DNA of 64,000 nucleotides, from assembly GCA_964016885.1 (NCBI GenBank), contig OZ024746.1, forward strand, positions 25,358,001 through 25,422,000, written 5' to 3'. Source of the DNA: Eledone cirrhosa. Its lineage: Eukaryota. Position 1 is the first letter of the stretch. Every line of letters starts with the position of its first letter. The notes beneath the pieces were generated by a model. That model ran no database searches and had not been told where the DNA came from. It saw only the letters and a list, made by a program, of their open reading frames with translations. The position numbers and the translations under genes are program-made. Below, piece by piece: positions 25,952 through 64,000 of this stretch.

Positions 25952-28385
25952 TGTCAGCTCGAAGCAATCGCATCATGCTCATTCGTTCTATATTTGTCTA
26001 CTACCTTATAGTGTACTGGGCGCATTTTTCATGGCGCCACCACTAACACTTTACAGTGTACTGTATGCATTTTATTGAGGCCCCAGCACTACAACTTTAA
26101 AGAATGTACCATGTACGTTTTATTGTGGAACCAATACTAACACTTTACAGAGTGAACTGGATGTTTTATCGTGGTACCAGTACAAGTGATGTCACATGAT
26201 CACCCAGATTGAAGAGTCCACTCAAATCCTATATTGCCTGTTTAATCATCAACACTGTAGTCTCCGATCTCTCACATTTACTTTCAATGTAAGGGGGCTT
26301 GTACAGGTGGGCGAGTTTTTTGTATTGACATCATCGTCAGCTTGATTCTGTGTCATCTCCTTTGGGAGATTCAATTTCTTTAGATCTTTCGTTACAACAT
26401 TGTCCCAAGTTTTCCTTGGTCACCCTCTTCCACAAGTTCTATATATGTGCATATATGCATGTATTCATGTCTGTGTTTATATCCCATAACTTAGCAATTT
26501 GACAAAAAGAGGTTGATAAAACAAATATCAGACTTCAAAATATAAATACTGGAGTCGATATGATTGATGAAATAACTGGTGACTAAAACCAGGAAAAGAA
26601 TAGAATCCTTTTCAACATAGAAAATACTAATTATAGCTCTTACCTGCCAAGGTAATTGGTACATGACTGTCTGCTAGTAAACAAAGAATTGGTCTTATTT
26701 TCTGTAGCAGACCATTTAGACTGCATCAAAGCATCAACAGCTTTGCACCCTACAAAATATAAAGATTCCATTAGAATGGACCCTTTCATAATGGGACAAT
26801 TCATTTCAAAACCTTAAAACTATCCAATACATGGGAACTGCTGTTGTTTTTGAAACCATGATAGGACTGGGGTTTCCTATCATTAAAGCACTTGAGAAAC
26901 CTCCTCTGAGATACAATCTCATAGGTGAGCAGCTAAACCTACATAGGTGTGAACTGTAACAACATGATAAGACTGGGGTCCCAATCATTAAAACATCTGA
27001 GGAAATCACCTATAAGATAATCTTGTAGGTGACTAGCTAAACCTGTATAGATCATCATCATTTTACATCTGCTTTTCCCTGCTTGCAAGGGTTGGACGGG
27101 TCCTATTCAGTACAGCATCTCTCCACTTGTCACGGTCCTTCGTCGTCATCTCGGTGAGTTTCAGCGATTTGAGGTCTGCTCTCACCACCTCCGCCCATGT
27201 TTTACGTGGTCTATCTCTACTGCGTCATATTTGAGGATGGTCAGGTCATCAGTATTGTCAATAAAAAGAAACCCATGTGCTATATTATTTTCACTTTATC
27301 TTTATTGAGTTATTCGTTAGTTCGTCAATGTTATTTCGTTACACATTCTGTGATCTCTTCTTTCTGGTCTTAACTTGCTACTCTATCTTGTCTTTTGTTT
27401 TGAACAGATAGACATTGAGGAGGTCACAGAATATGTGATGAAGGAACATTGACGAACTAAAAAATAACTCATAATAAAGATAAAGTGAAAATCATATGGC
27501 ACGCATGTTTCTTTTTATTGACAATACTGGCAACATGACCATCCTCGAATATAACAATATCGATTTCAACACGATTTCACATCAAGAATCTTGTCCTGTC
27601 TAAACCCATGCGAATGTGGAAGATAGATGTTAAACGACGATGATGATGAATCTTGCAAAACAGATATATAAACATATAAATATATATTACTCACCAATAA
27701 AACATGTCACTGTAATGCCAGCTAAACGACCTTCTTTCACCGGATTATTAAAGCGAAGATATCTGGCAACAGCATATTCTTCTTTTGTAGGAGTTTCCTT
27801 CTCCTGAAATAAGAAATAATAATAAATTTAAAAATACATCATCATAATAAAGATACAATACAGATTATGTCCACTACATGTAAAATAAACATAGGAAGTC
27901 GATAAGCTGTCAGTTGGTATACGATTCAATATAGGAAAACCATATGAACGGAAAGAGAACTTTGGTATTATGTATGTAGATATTTTAGCACGTTACTGTA
28001 TTTCCTTTATCTCATCACCCATATTGTGTTCATCCTTCCTGCCCAGCCCTACGCTCAGTTCTTCCTCCCCAGAATGTTGACCCTCCTGAGTTCCTTCCCA
28101 GATGTTGAATTGCAACAGTTTAAGTAGAACATTAACAGCACCAATTTCCATAGTCTCAGAGAACTTATAAAGGCCATGAACACTGCCCCTTCCACTCAGA
28201 CCTAGTTAATAAACCAAAGAAAGTGAAGAAATGAAAGATTGAAAATGATGTCTTTTCCCTTAATCATTATACATTCATAGAAGTATTTGATCTCATGCTC
28301 CAGCAATAAAGACCATATTTCTTTGTTACTAAAACTTCATTATTGTGTAAAATATTAACTATTTACATTCAGTAATGACTTAGGT

Positions 28386-28421
<36 letters not shown>

Positions 28422-31400
28422 TTATAAAAATCAAAAATGTGCTTTATTCTTCAGAAGAACCTCAAATAAATTGAGATCTTAACATCCTCTACCACATTAA
28501 AAAAGTACAAAAGAGTACTCCGACTGCAATATATTAAATATGAAAATCTTTACTGATACAGCCAATTTTCACAATGATCTGTCCAACATTTGAATTAAAC
28601 CTTTGCTAGCAAGGAAAGCAGATGTTAAAGCAACAATGATGATGATGATGATACCCGTTTATATATATAAACCCCTGAGTTAAAGATTTTAAGTACTATG
28701 TTAAAAACACTATACAGACACTATTGGGTATCCATTCTTCTCTAAATATAAAGATTTCTCTCGTTTGATTGTTATTAACACCTTATAACCTAGGAAGAAG
28801 AGTAATTGTAGCAGTCTGAGAAAATTCATTCAAATAAATGAGCTCCTTGGAAGCAAAAAGGTTGGGAACTACTGATCTAAATCTACATAACCTCCATTCA
28901 AAATACACTGTAAATGTTGCATGTAAAAAGAAGGTGTTAGTTATGCATTAATATTGTATTGTCTTATGTATAAAACAAGAAATTTTCAACTAAAATTAAA
29001 GGCATAAAAATAGGAGGTAGTCATATCATCCTCAGAAATGTTTACTAAGCCTGAAAATACTAATCACAAATGGCAAGATTGCAAATGTGTCTTAACAATT
29101 GCTTACAAATGGTATTTGATATATCAGCAATATTATCATCATCAAACATGTTTTCTCTTATAGCAAGGGACAGATGGGTTTTCACAGACCGAATCAGTTC
29201 TCAATCTCTTAGATGGGCTGGGGACCTGCATCTCACTTACATACAATCCCATGCTCTACCAATACATTTTATTATGACTTTAGCACTAGGGAGGTTGGTG
29301 GGAGATTGAGATTTTGATGGGTACCATGGAGAAGTTGATTAAAAAAAATTACATAGACATGACTGTACTTTGGGGTTGTATTATACAGGAAGAAATGTGG
29401 CATATACAGTAATTTAAATACTGATTCCCTATTTTGGCATAGGGCCATATAACTAGAATGTATTGTCCCTGGAGTAATAACAGACTAAGTTTACTGTGGT
29501 GGGATTCAAAATAGGAATGCAGTCTAATGGAATATAAACTGGCTCTCTACCATTTCTGCTACTCCAACAAATAAATATCTTGAGAAAAAAAGAAAACCAT
29601 AAATGAATACAAAGTAAATACAAACTTTGTTTTGTCTCCAAACATTTAATTAGCAAATGTAATAATCTAATATGTAATGTTTGTTTGTCCAAAGCATGTT
29701 CTAGTGAAAACGGATCCAATTAATGAATAGATCATTTCAAACAATTATTACCACCCAGTAGTTGATTTTGTTAACATTCATGACTAGACATAAGCAGATA
29801 ATTATAGGTGAGAACAGACCAAGTACTATGTAAGAAAAGCAGTGAAAACAATTTGTCAGTACAGCAACAGTCTCACAATTATCATTGTTAAACATTGAGG
29901 ATTGAAGAAACAATTTTAAATTCATATTTAGTTTCAGTAATTAGATTGTGGCCATGCTGGGGTACCACTCTAAAGAGATTTAGTCAATCATATCGACCTC
30001 AGTACTTATTTTTTTTCAAGTTTGACATTTATTTTATCAATCTCTTTTTTTTTAAACAGCAAAGTTATGGGACATTGACAGAGACATGATGGGAAACACA
30101 GAGACATACATATAGAGAAAAATGGACATTAAATGATGAGGAGGATATTTATGATGAACTTCTGTAGTTTCTGTTTACTAAATTCCACTCAAACCATTGG
30201 TCAACTTGGTGCTATAGTAGAAGACACTTGCCAAAAGCACCACACAATCGGAGTGACTTCACAATCATGTGGTTGTGAAATAAGCTTCTTAACCACATCG
30301 CTATGTCCACTTTTCCAGGCTGGCCACAGCTTGGAAAAGGTTTTTTTTTTTTACAGTCAGCTGGATGACCTTTCCAACACTAACCCTTATTTATAAGTAA
30401 GGTATGGATTTAACTGCTCAGCCATGAGACTTCTCTTTATGCAAGTCATAAATAAGTGTCACATGTGCTAACAATATCATACATTAGCAGTGGTACCCGG
30501 CGTTGCACGGGATAAGGTATTTTGGAACACGGGCCACCAACAGACCTAATCTTGGAAAAACTGCATGCCTGGACAATATGTAAAGAAAATAAACCGAATA
30601 CTCTGATGGCTGGATAATCTAAGATTTTCGTCGATGAAGCATGAAAAATGCAGGTTTTCACCTAATGTGGGCTCTAGGGGATCAAGTAAATGAATTTTTT
30701 TATGTGCATAATATGCCTTGAAATTTCAGGAATATCGGCTAGATGTAACGCCTCAAAAAGGCCCTAAAAAGCTAAAAAAATGAAGTTTTTCACCTAATGC
30801 GGGCCCTAGGCCATAAAAAGGTTGGATTTTCTTTGCTCACGGTATGAAGAAGAGACTGACTAATACATAGTTACAATTTCAAGCAAATCGGTCTGACGTA
30901 ACGCCTCAAAAAACACCTAAAAGGCTGAAAAACAAAAACAAAAAAACAAAAAAAAAAAAAAAGTTTTTCACCTAATTTATTTATGTGTATAACACTCCCT
31001 GAAACATAACTAATATACATGTAAAGTTTGAAAAAAATCGGTTGGGTACTTCGAGTTTTAGGGATTCAAACACACAGACAGCAGACATCCTAGGTTTTAT
31101 ATATATAGATGAAGCAAAGACAGAAACAAGCACACAACCACCACCACTCCCTAGAAGCTACCCTCACCCATGCCCCTTCCAGCATTTAACCTTTAACCAT
31201 TTCCTCAGCACAATATCGCACCCTAGTAGCTACTCTCTTCCCTTCATGCCTCTCCCACTAGCTTCGATCCTTGCCATCCCTACACTCTCCCACTCCATCC
31301 ATGCCCGCTCCTGTTTTTCATTCCTTAACTGCTGCCTACCCCCTAGATACCATAGAAAGCTTGCCGAACAAAGGGTTGAGAGGATCCTTCAGTCACGTCA

Positions 31401-33133
31401 AAGATATGACAGTTTCCTTAGTGTTGGTAATCTACATGATAAACGCACCCAGTACACACTATAAAGTGGTTGGTGATAGGAAGAGTATCCAGCTATAGAA
31501 AGCTTGCCAAACATAGGGGTGGGAAGAATCTTCAGTTGTATCAAAGACATGACAAGTTACCCTGTGCACTCGATAGAATATAAGACTATGTAAGTGAAAT
31601 GCTGATACCTTGGCCTGTCTAGGAAGTTAGTAGCCCTGCTTCAGTACTAACTTGGTCTATATAGACCCGTCCAACACTTGCTAGCAGAGAAAGCGACGAT
31701 GTGTGCCCCCTCTATTTTGAATTCATATACTAAAGACTTAGCCATGTGCGCCTTTTTTGACACTATATAATATATATATATAACATCTTATACAAAAACA
31801 AAATCACTGAAGGGTAGATCCTAGTAAAGTACTCTAAAAAAGAACACTTCACAAGCATCTTTCCCTAGGGATATATATATATTCAAAGTCAAGCAACCTA
31901 AAAATAGAAAGCCTGACTAAATTCCCTGGCTGCAGTTTCAAAACTGAATAAATCTGACCATTTCAACAGATTGATACGGCCATCATAAACAGAACAGTTT
32001 CTCATCGGAGAGATTCTGTAAGGTATAAGAAAAATTTAAATACCTATTGGGAGAAATTGTGTCCATCTCTCATCGAACAAGCATGGTGCAATAAAACAAA
32101 AATAATAATTGTTTCTACTTTTGGCACAAGGCCAGCAATTATCCAGTACATGACTGGTACTTTTTTTTATTTTATCGACCCTGTAAGGATGAAAGGCAAA
32201 GTTAACCTCGGCGGGATTTGAACTCAGACCGTGATGGGACGTAACTATGCTGGAAAAACAAAAATAATAATATTGCACGCATACGTAAAGTTACCAACAA
32301 GGTAAATATTTGTACATACGGACAAAATGACAGGCCTAAAACGCCAGTAGAAATAGCAGTCAATGCGGGCTATCAATCAGCTCACTATTTAGGGAGCAGT
32401 ATTTATTATTTTACATAATTAAATTCGTCACGAATATACATAACATCTCAATGAAAAGAGATCGATAAAAAAATCTCATTTAGAGAAGTAAATATAAATA
32501 TATAGAACATCTTATACAAAATCACTGAAGAGTAAATACAAGTAAAGTACTCAATATTTGCTTATCTGAATGAGATTTTTTTTTAGCGATCTCTTCATTG
32601 AGATGCCATATATAATATATATAATTGGCAGAGCCGTTAAGACGTCGGCTAGAATGTTTTATGGTATTCGTCCCACACTGCGCACTCTGAGTTCAAATCC
32701 CGCCGTGGTCAACTTCATCCTTTCTAGGTCGATAAAAAAAAGTACCAGTCCAGTATTGGGGTCAATTCGTCCTCTATAGAAAACAATCGGCTGTATTCAT
32801 ACCTGGAGAGGATTGGGCTCCGCCAGGTTTAAAAGTGCCTTAGACACGCCGTATGGCGGTGCCTCTGCAACTCCACAGGGATCTTTGTCCTTTTATATAG
32901 CTAAATTATTGATTATTTTAAAAATTACAGCCAACATCTTTCATTAGAAATATGTTAATGAAAAGGGCTCTGTCATAGCTTTTTTTTACCGACCCTCTGA
33001 GACTAATGAGATTGATATGGTAATTGTTTATCTTTAACAGATGCAGGAAAAACATGAGCATAGATGAATTCTAGAAGGGAGGAAGAAGCATAAGTGATTT
33101 TTTATACAATTTCATCTATTACATTCGCAATTC

Positions 33134-33182
<49 letters not shown>

Positions 33183-34939
33183 TCACTTAGAAAACTTTCC
33201 TATTTTCCTAAGTTAAGCCCTCATTACGTTTGATTGGTGACGAGAGTTTCGCTAAAATATTAAGTGTATATCAAACAGCTGGTAGTTTTAATAAAAGTAG
33301 GTAAACTTAGATATTTGTTAGTTTTGTACACCAAGTACTATGCTGAAAAACTGCAGTGATCAAGGTTCTCTGAATTAGCCACAGCTTTCTGGGATTTACT
33401 TTTCATGGTACCAAGCACTAGAATGAAGAACTGTGGTGATCGGCAGGGGGACTTCCGAGTCTGCTCCGGCTCTCTAGAATGGTACCAAGCATTAGAATTA
33501 AAAACTAGTGTGATCAGGAGGATCTTTCCGTTACTTAGCTCCAGCTCTTTGGAATGAGCTTCCCCTATCTGCATCATCTGTGTCGATTTTCAGACCAAAT
33601 TTGAAACTTATCTTTTCAAGAAATACCAGCAGTGAATTCTTTCAAATGTTTAGGTTTATATGAAAGGCTGGCCCCTAGGTATTTAATGCTTTAGAGTAAC
33701 CCTACAATGTATGCCCCTTCTTCCAAATAAAATAATTTCAACAGTTTGGCAAACTGACAAACTTTTGACCACACTAAGAAAATGACTAAGTTTGCATTTT
33801 CCACTACACAACCCACACCACACCAAATCATGTGGCAGATCATACAACTCTCTCCACTACTTTCGATATTTCCGCAATACTGCTACATTGCAAATGTATT
33901 ATTTATTGATCACAGGAAATTATTATATATTTAATTTAATTATAAATATTTGTGTAAAACTGATCGTTTAAAATGCAGTAATGCGCCTTAGACGACTGCC
34001 GCGTTGACATTAATAGTAGCACTGACTCCATATGTATAAATGAATGGACGGCTAGGAAGCCTATGAACATTTCTTTTCTTTCGTTTTGATGAATTTATGG
34101 CACCAGAGAAGTACATTAAAGGCAAAGTTGACCTTAGTATAACATCCTGAGTTCATAACCCACCGAGGTCAACCGTGCCTCTAATTTTTTCGGGATAATC
34201 GACTCCACTCCACCCCCAAATGCTGGCTTTGTATCTAAATTAGAAAGAATTATTATTATTAACAATATAGCTGTGAAGTAACCAGGCTGTTACGGTTAGG
34301 GTAGTTTATGGTAATAAAAATGAAGCAAACAAGCTGTTAATGACACGCAATTAATAGTCAAATGCCAATATTTATCTTTCGAGTGGCAATTAGTAATCAA
34401 TGACCAATATTTACCACTCAGTAAATAACTAAACATGCTAAAACAACTAAAACAAAAATAATATGAAAAGAATATATTAAAATATTTGAGAAGGTAAAAT
34501 TGTTAAATTAAACTGATTTTTGTAGGATATAGTAGATGTTTTTCTTGAAAAAAAAAAACAATAATAATAATTAAAATAATGAGAATAATTAAAAAAGAAA
34601 ACAGAAATATGAATAGTTATCGAAAAATAGCGTGTCTAAAGCTATACGTATTTTGAAAAACTGACAGGTCATCACATTAAGGAAAAGAAAACTTTTAACA
34701 ATTATTTATATATAATTTATTATACTTGGGGAGGGTCATAATTTGATATTCAATAATAATATACGCGTTATAAATTCAAAAACGAAAATGCTAGAAATAA
34801 GTAATTCAAAGACAATTAAAAATAAAAGGCATGCAAGGTTGGAAAATGACACACACAAATATACTTATATATATATATATAATGAAACAAATATGTGACA
34901 AGGACATGAACGGGGATCATTAAGACTAGTCTACATAAA

Positions 34940-35000
<61 letters not shown>

Positions 35001-35007
35001 AATAAAC

Positions 35008-35050
<43 letters not shown>

Positions 35051-36362
35051 CAAGGGACCGTTAAGATGTGTGGTGGCCGGAGATATAATGAAACAAATAT
35101 GTGGCAAGAACAGCAAGGGACCGTTAAGACCTGTTGTCGACAGAGGAACAATAATTGGCGTTTGGCACTAAACACTTGGCAATTATTTTCAGATATTGCC
35201 TAAAAATAAGAGATTCTACATTTTTGTTTCTCCTTAAAGGAAAAAGAAAGAATTCCTCATGAATATAATGAAGGAATTGGGGGAATCGAGTTGTGAATTA
35301 AGGTGGGACGTGGACAAAAAGTTGGTAAAAATATGGTAATTCATTCGGTTCAAAATATTGTTAGGAAGAAAATGTATATTAATATACAAAAATTCTTAAA
35401 ACTAAAATTGGTTATGGGAATTTTAGAAGGAAAAAAAAATGTTATTACTTTTAAAATACCGTTAGGTTATATTTTTTTTTTTAAATGGTCCTTTTAAAGA
35501 AAGTCATTGTGCTTTTCTTGGAGAAAAATATTGATTCAGTTTATATTGGGTTTAACACGTCAAAGGAAGAAATATTGGCTTAGAGGAATGTTGGGAGTTA
35601 AGACAGAAAATGAATATATAGAGATGTTAAAGAGATATTTGGAAAATATAGTTGATAGTAGATATGATATAGGTTCTTTATGTAAATGTAGCTGTTTAAA
35701 TAGTCATCGTTATAGTGAAATATATGAATGGTAATACATAAATAAAAGAAATATACCATATTGAGGAGTTGGTATTAAAGTAATCTTTCAAAGGCTACGA
35801 TGACAAAACAAACTAAACTGACTGACCATTTGTTATGAGAACTACATCGCATATTTAAAACAAACCAGCCTTCTATCAAACAGTAAACAGGCAGTAAAGT
35901 GGGGAGCCTTTATTTTGATTACGTTATGTGAGGTGGTAAATTAAAAACAAAAACACAAGACTAACGTATGTGAAATAGCTAATAGAAGAGAAAAATAATA
36001 AATGGTATATCAAATAAAATAATAGATGAGATGGTAATTAGAATGTGTAAAAATGATATGGGTTATGAAAGTTTAATGATTGAAGTAAAACATTTAGTGA
36101 CAAGGTCCACAGATTTCAAACAAATGGAAAACAGTTGGAAGATACAAGTTAAGCATATGTACAGTTAACAGAGCAGAAAACAAACAAAGGAATATATTAA
36201 AACTAGAGATTCAGTAATAGTTACTGCTGCAAGGAAATATAACATGGGTATTATTTAGACATAAATAAATTAAATATATTTTTTCAAAATATATCTTTGA
36301 AACGAAAGAGGTGTGAATTGTACCTCATCCTGTTTCCGTCGTGATTTTCTTTTCTCCGCCAT
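19054..36362 (-). CDS. SEC62: Translocation protein SEC62, complete 8-exon gene, 358 aa
   Basis: Minus-strand exons 36362-36324, 27803-27695, 26749-26644, 24758-24632, 22756-22679, 22101-22041, 21420-21301 and 19490-19054 splice GT-AG into 1077 nt. Motifs include AVARYLRFN, KAVDALMQSKW, FHRA, YVWIYDP, CLFPLWP and HFWFLPNLNEDVGFVDSFRPLY, followed by an acidic tail. Confidence 0.96.
21301..21420 (-). CDS. SEC62: SEC62 exon 7 (VLGAIALCLFPLWPEEVRIGVYYLSLSGAGFLAFILVLFV)
   Basis: GACAG acceptor, GTAAGT donor, 120 nt, TM segments and FPLWP motif. Confidence 0.96.
21510..21835. repeat. Degenerate ~110-120-bp satellite-like repeat, also present at about 10190-10430 and inverted at about 28470-28590 and 58150-58340
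   Basis: Recurring TCTTAAC...AATTTAGCA...TGTTTATAGTAT.TTTACT..GGACAGAT...AAAATTTGCAGTATT. Confidence 0.7.
22041..22101 (-). CDS. SEC62: SEC62 exon 6 (VYVWIYDPVPVKTFIIGLLM)
   Basis: AAG acceptor, GTAAGT donor, 61 nt, YVWIYDP motif. Confidence 0.95.
22679..22756 (-). CDS. SEC62: SEC62 exon 5 (EEEKKKKEKKLKLGMPDDQRFIDGDE)
   Basis: T-tract plus CAG acceptor, GAG|GTATTG donor, 78 nt. Confidence 0.92.
24632..24758 (-). CDS. SEC62: SEC62 exon 4 (RLLTKGLFHRAIRIEKKK...EEDK)
   Basis: TTGCAG acceptor, AAG|GTTTGT donor, 127 nt, FHRA motif. Confidence 0.9.
25094..25330. repeat. Degenerate 84-bp tandem repeat, about 3 units
   Basis: GTACAT starts at 25094, 25178 and 25262 with shared GAGAC, ACTAAA.CAATTA and AGTCATTTTAGCCACA blocks. 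Confidence 0.8.
26644..26749 (-). CDS. SEC62: SEC62 exon 3 (GCKAVDALMQSKWSATENKTNSLFTSRQSCTNYLG)
   Basis: TTTTGTAG acceptor, GTAAGA donor, 106 nt. Confidence 0.95.
27051..27226 (-). mobile_element. RTE LINE 3' tail fragment
   Basis: Minus strand reads RPRKTWAEVVRADLKSLKLTEMTTKDRDKWRDAVL followed by (GAT)n. A similar remnant lies at about 26260-26440. Confidence 0.8.
27227..27552. mobile_element. Fold-back element or MITE with ~135-bp inverted arms in SEC62 intron 2
   Basis: ATATTTGAGGATGGTCA... at the left matches ...TGACCATCCTCGAATAT at the right; pairing continues inward to a loop of about 55 nt. Confidence 0.85.
27695..27803 (-). CDS. SEC62: SEC62 exon 2 (EKETPTKEEYAVARYLRFNNPVKEGRLAGITVTCFI)
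   Basis: TTTCAG acceptor, GTGAGT donor, 109 nt. Confidence 0.95.
30484..31109 (-). mobile_element. Second, shorter copy of the same Helitron in SEC62 intron 1
   Basis: Closely similar to 12946-13823 with the same termini (3' CTAA variant); it lacks one internal duplicated block. Confidence 0.8.
32102..32765. mobile_element. SINE copies in SEC62 intron 1 (- at 32102-32254, diverged + at about 32625-32765)
   Basis: B-box and core motifs on opposite strands. Confidence 0.75.
36324..36362 (-). CDS. SEC62: SEC62 exon 1 (MAEKRKSRRKQDE)
   Basis: GTCATGG Kozak context, basic N-terminus typical of metazoan SEC62, donor GAG|GTACAA in phase 0. Confidence 0.88.
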
Positions 36363-36891
36363 GACAGACAGTCAGCCACTCAGTGTTGCACATTACCTCC
36401 CCTTGATTAGTTCTTACACCGTGTGATGGCACTGCTCAGTTTCAAGGGGGGTAACCAGCTACGACCGGTGGTACCTGTTATATTATTCATTTCTCGCACT
36501 TCACTCTTTAATTAACGTCGTCCGCACCTGTCGTATATCAGGTGTTACCGGCCAAATTTCTCTCATTTAATTTTCTTTTCACCTGACTGTGACCAGTGCT
36601 ACTTGATACATTATTGATTTCTCTCTCTCCACTTTCTCAATTAACGACGTCCGCACTACTCAATAATCAGGCGTTGCCGGTTAATTACTCTCTCGCTCAA
36701 CGTGCTTTGCGCCTGACTGTAATCAGGTTTGACCAGTGGTACCCATTACATAATCAATTTCTCTCTTACTTCCGCAATTAACATCGTTAGTCCCTGGTTA
36801 CAGACAGGCGTGACCCGGTGGTACTGGTTAAATTATTAATTACTCTCCCACTCCTTCAATCAACTGTCCGTACCTAACATCGGCACTAAAG
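36363..36891. promoter_or_regulatory. Putative bidirectional promoter and 5'UTRs shared by SEC62 and PGD
   Basis: Divergent ATGs at 36362 (-) and 36892 (+); locally elevated GC and CpG; four degenerate GACC(A/G)GTG(G/C)TAC-initiated repeats. Confidence 0.65.
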
Positions 36892-62418
<25,527 letters not shown>

Positions 62419-63806
62419 GTAAGTTGATTATTTAGTTTACTTGAAGGTTTAATTCTTAAAAGTAGGGATGGGGCTATTTTTGTGTCATTAAAACCACTTT
62501 ACATAAAATGATGATTTCTAAGTTAGGCACAAGGTCAACAATCTGTGGGGAAAGTCGATTATCTCAACTCCAGTACTCGACTAGTCCTTTATTTTATCAC
62601 CATTGGAAGGTCGAAAGATAAAGTAAACCTCAGTGGGATTTGAAGTTTGAATTTAAAGAACTAGAACAAATATTGCAATAGCATTCTATCTGACACTCTA
62701 CTCTGCAACCAATCCACCAACCTCATCATCATTTTTTTCCCATTTGAAGCAAGTCAGATCAGATGACCGTGTCTTACTCATACAGAACTGTTTCTGGTTT
62801 GGTTATTACAGCTGGATGTCTTTGCTAATGCCAACCATATTTACATAAATAATACTTTCATTAAGTACAGCTCAACATAGCAAGCATTTTTAAGGCCATT
62901 TTTGCTGCTAAAACAGGGGGTAGCCTTCTGGACCCTGTGACAGGCTTCATGGGATCAATTTTGATACACTATTTTACAGTTAGATGCCCTTCGTGGTGCC
63001 AACGTTTTTAGTTAACTCTTAGATACACAGGGTTGGGATGTACCTATGCTAAACTAGACACACACTACACATCATTATCATCCTCGTTTTACATCTCTAT
63101 TTTTCTATACTAGCATGGGTTAATTGGGTTGTCACATTCTGAGACTAGGTAGGTCACATGACGGTGTCATGGCTCATATGTTCCATTTTAGTATGGTTTA
63201 TACAGCTAGATGCCATTCCTAATGTCAACCACTTTATAGTATGTGCTAGGTGCATTTTATTATAGTACCAACACTACCAGCTTACGGGATTGATTGGGTA
63301 TATTTCATTGTGGCACCACCACTACCATTTTTATTGTTTTTATTGTGACATTACCATTACCATTTTACAGAATGGACTGCCACTTTACAGCACTAAATAG
63401 TGTCCTCGGCCAAGTTGGTGAAGGCAGTGATGGTAGTGGCAGTAGAATTTACATGCTGTTTAGCAAAATAAAGAGTCATCTCACAGTATGAAATGGGGAA
63501 AGGAAGAGAAACATTGAGTTGTTGGGATGACCTTGAAAAACGTTTGTGGCAGATGACAGTATGTTAGGAGTGTCTGCTTTTCCATGATAGCTTGGGTTGG
63601 ATGAGAAAGAAAGAATCAAGGATGGGAGTGAGGGAGGGGAAGATTTACATAGTAAGGAGGAAAGGAGGAGAGGGAGAAGACCAAGGCAGGGGATTTAGAT
63701 ATAGGGGGGAAAAGGGGCAAATCAAGGATACAAAGTGGAGACATATTGGCAGGGAGGCCCTAATTGTTAAACTTCTCATACTTGTTTTATACTATTTACT
63801 TGGGAA

Positions 63807-63861
<55 letters not shown>

Positions 63862-64000
63862 TGTATGCATGCACATGGATATATATATATATACAACACA
63901 ACAATTTTAATGCTTCTTTCCCTGCTAAAGCAGAAGTTCACTTTGGAAGCCCCATGTCAAGCTTCATACTCATCATGGAATCCTCTTTGTGGCAATAGTT

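Noticed and set aside
34285-34310. GGTTAGGG telomere-like motif
   Set aside because: A single isolated unit inside repeat-derived sequence; neither an array nor a supported template region.
35300-35760. AT-rich short ORFs that might be an L1/Tx1-like LINE C-terminal remnant (similar impression at about 7200-8000)
   Set aside because: No diagnostic motif could be read with confidence, so it is left unannotated.

Overview
AT-rich, repeat-dense animal genomic DNA. The repeat landscape (tRNA-headed SINEs, RTE-type LINE tails ending in (GAT)n, very long (TA)n arrays) suggests a coleoid cephalopod, probably an octopus; this is inference. I reconstructed three spliced housekeeping genes by hand from GT-AG junctions and reading frame. 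TMX2 is complete (+, 8 exons, 6887-16245, 279 aa). SEC62 is complete (-, 8 exons, 36362-19054, 358 aa) and lies tail-to-tail with TMX2. PGD is represented by its first five exons (+, from 36892) and lies head-to-head with SEC62, with start codons about 530 bp apart across a degenerate tandem repeat. The rest is mobile-element debris: a CRE-clade non-LTR retrotransposon 3' half, a Gypsy-like integrase remnant, RTE LINE fragments, non-autonomous Helitrons, a mariner with 103-bp TIRs built from its own 3' end, several MITEs and fold-backs, and a ~10-kb zoned (TA)n array with a 200-N gap inside PGD intron 1. I found no CRISPR array, rRNA or true tRNA, and no clearly novel protein-coding system. 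The best leads are a Helitron end-junction enclosing a local 363-bp duplication, the repeat-built bidirectional promoter, the rearranged mariner, intronic fold-backs that could be ADAR substrates, a triplicated structured motif at 8071-8294, and a CpG-rich insert in SEC62 intron 4.
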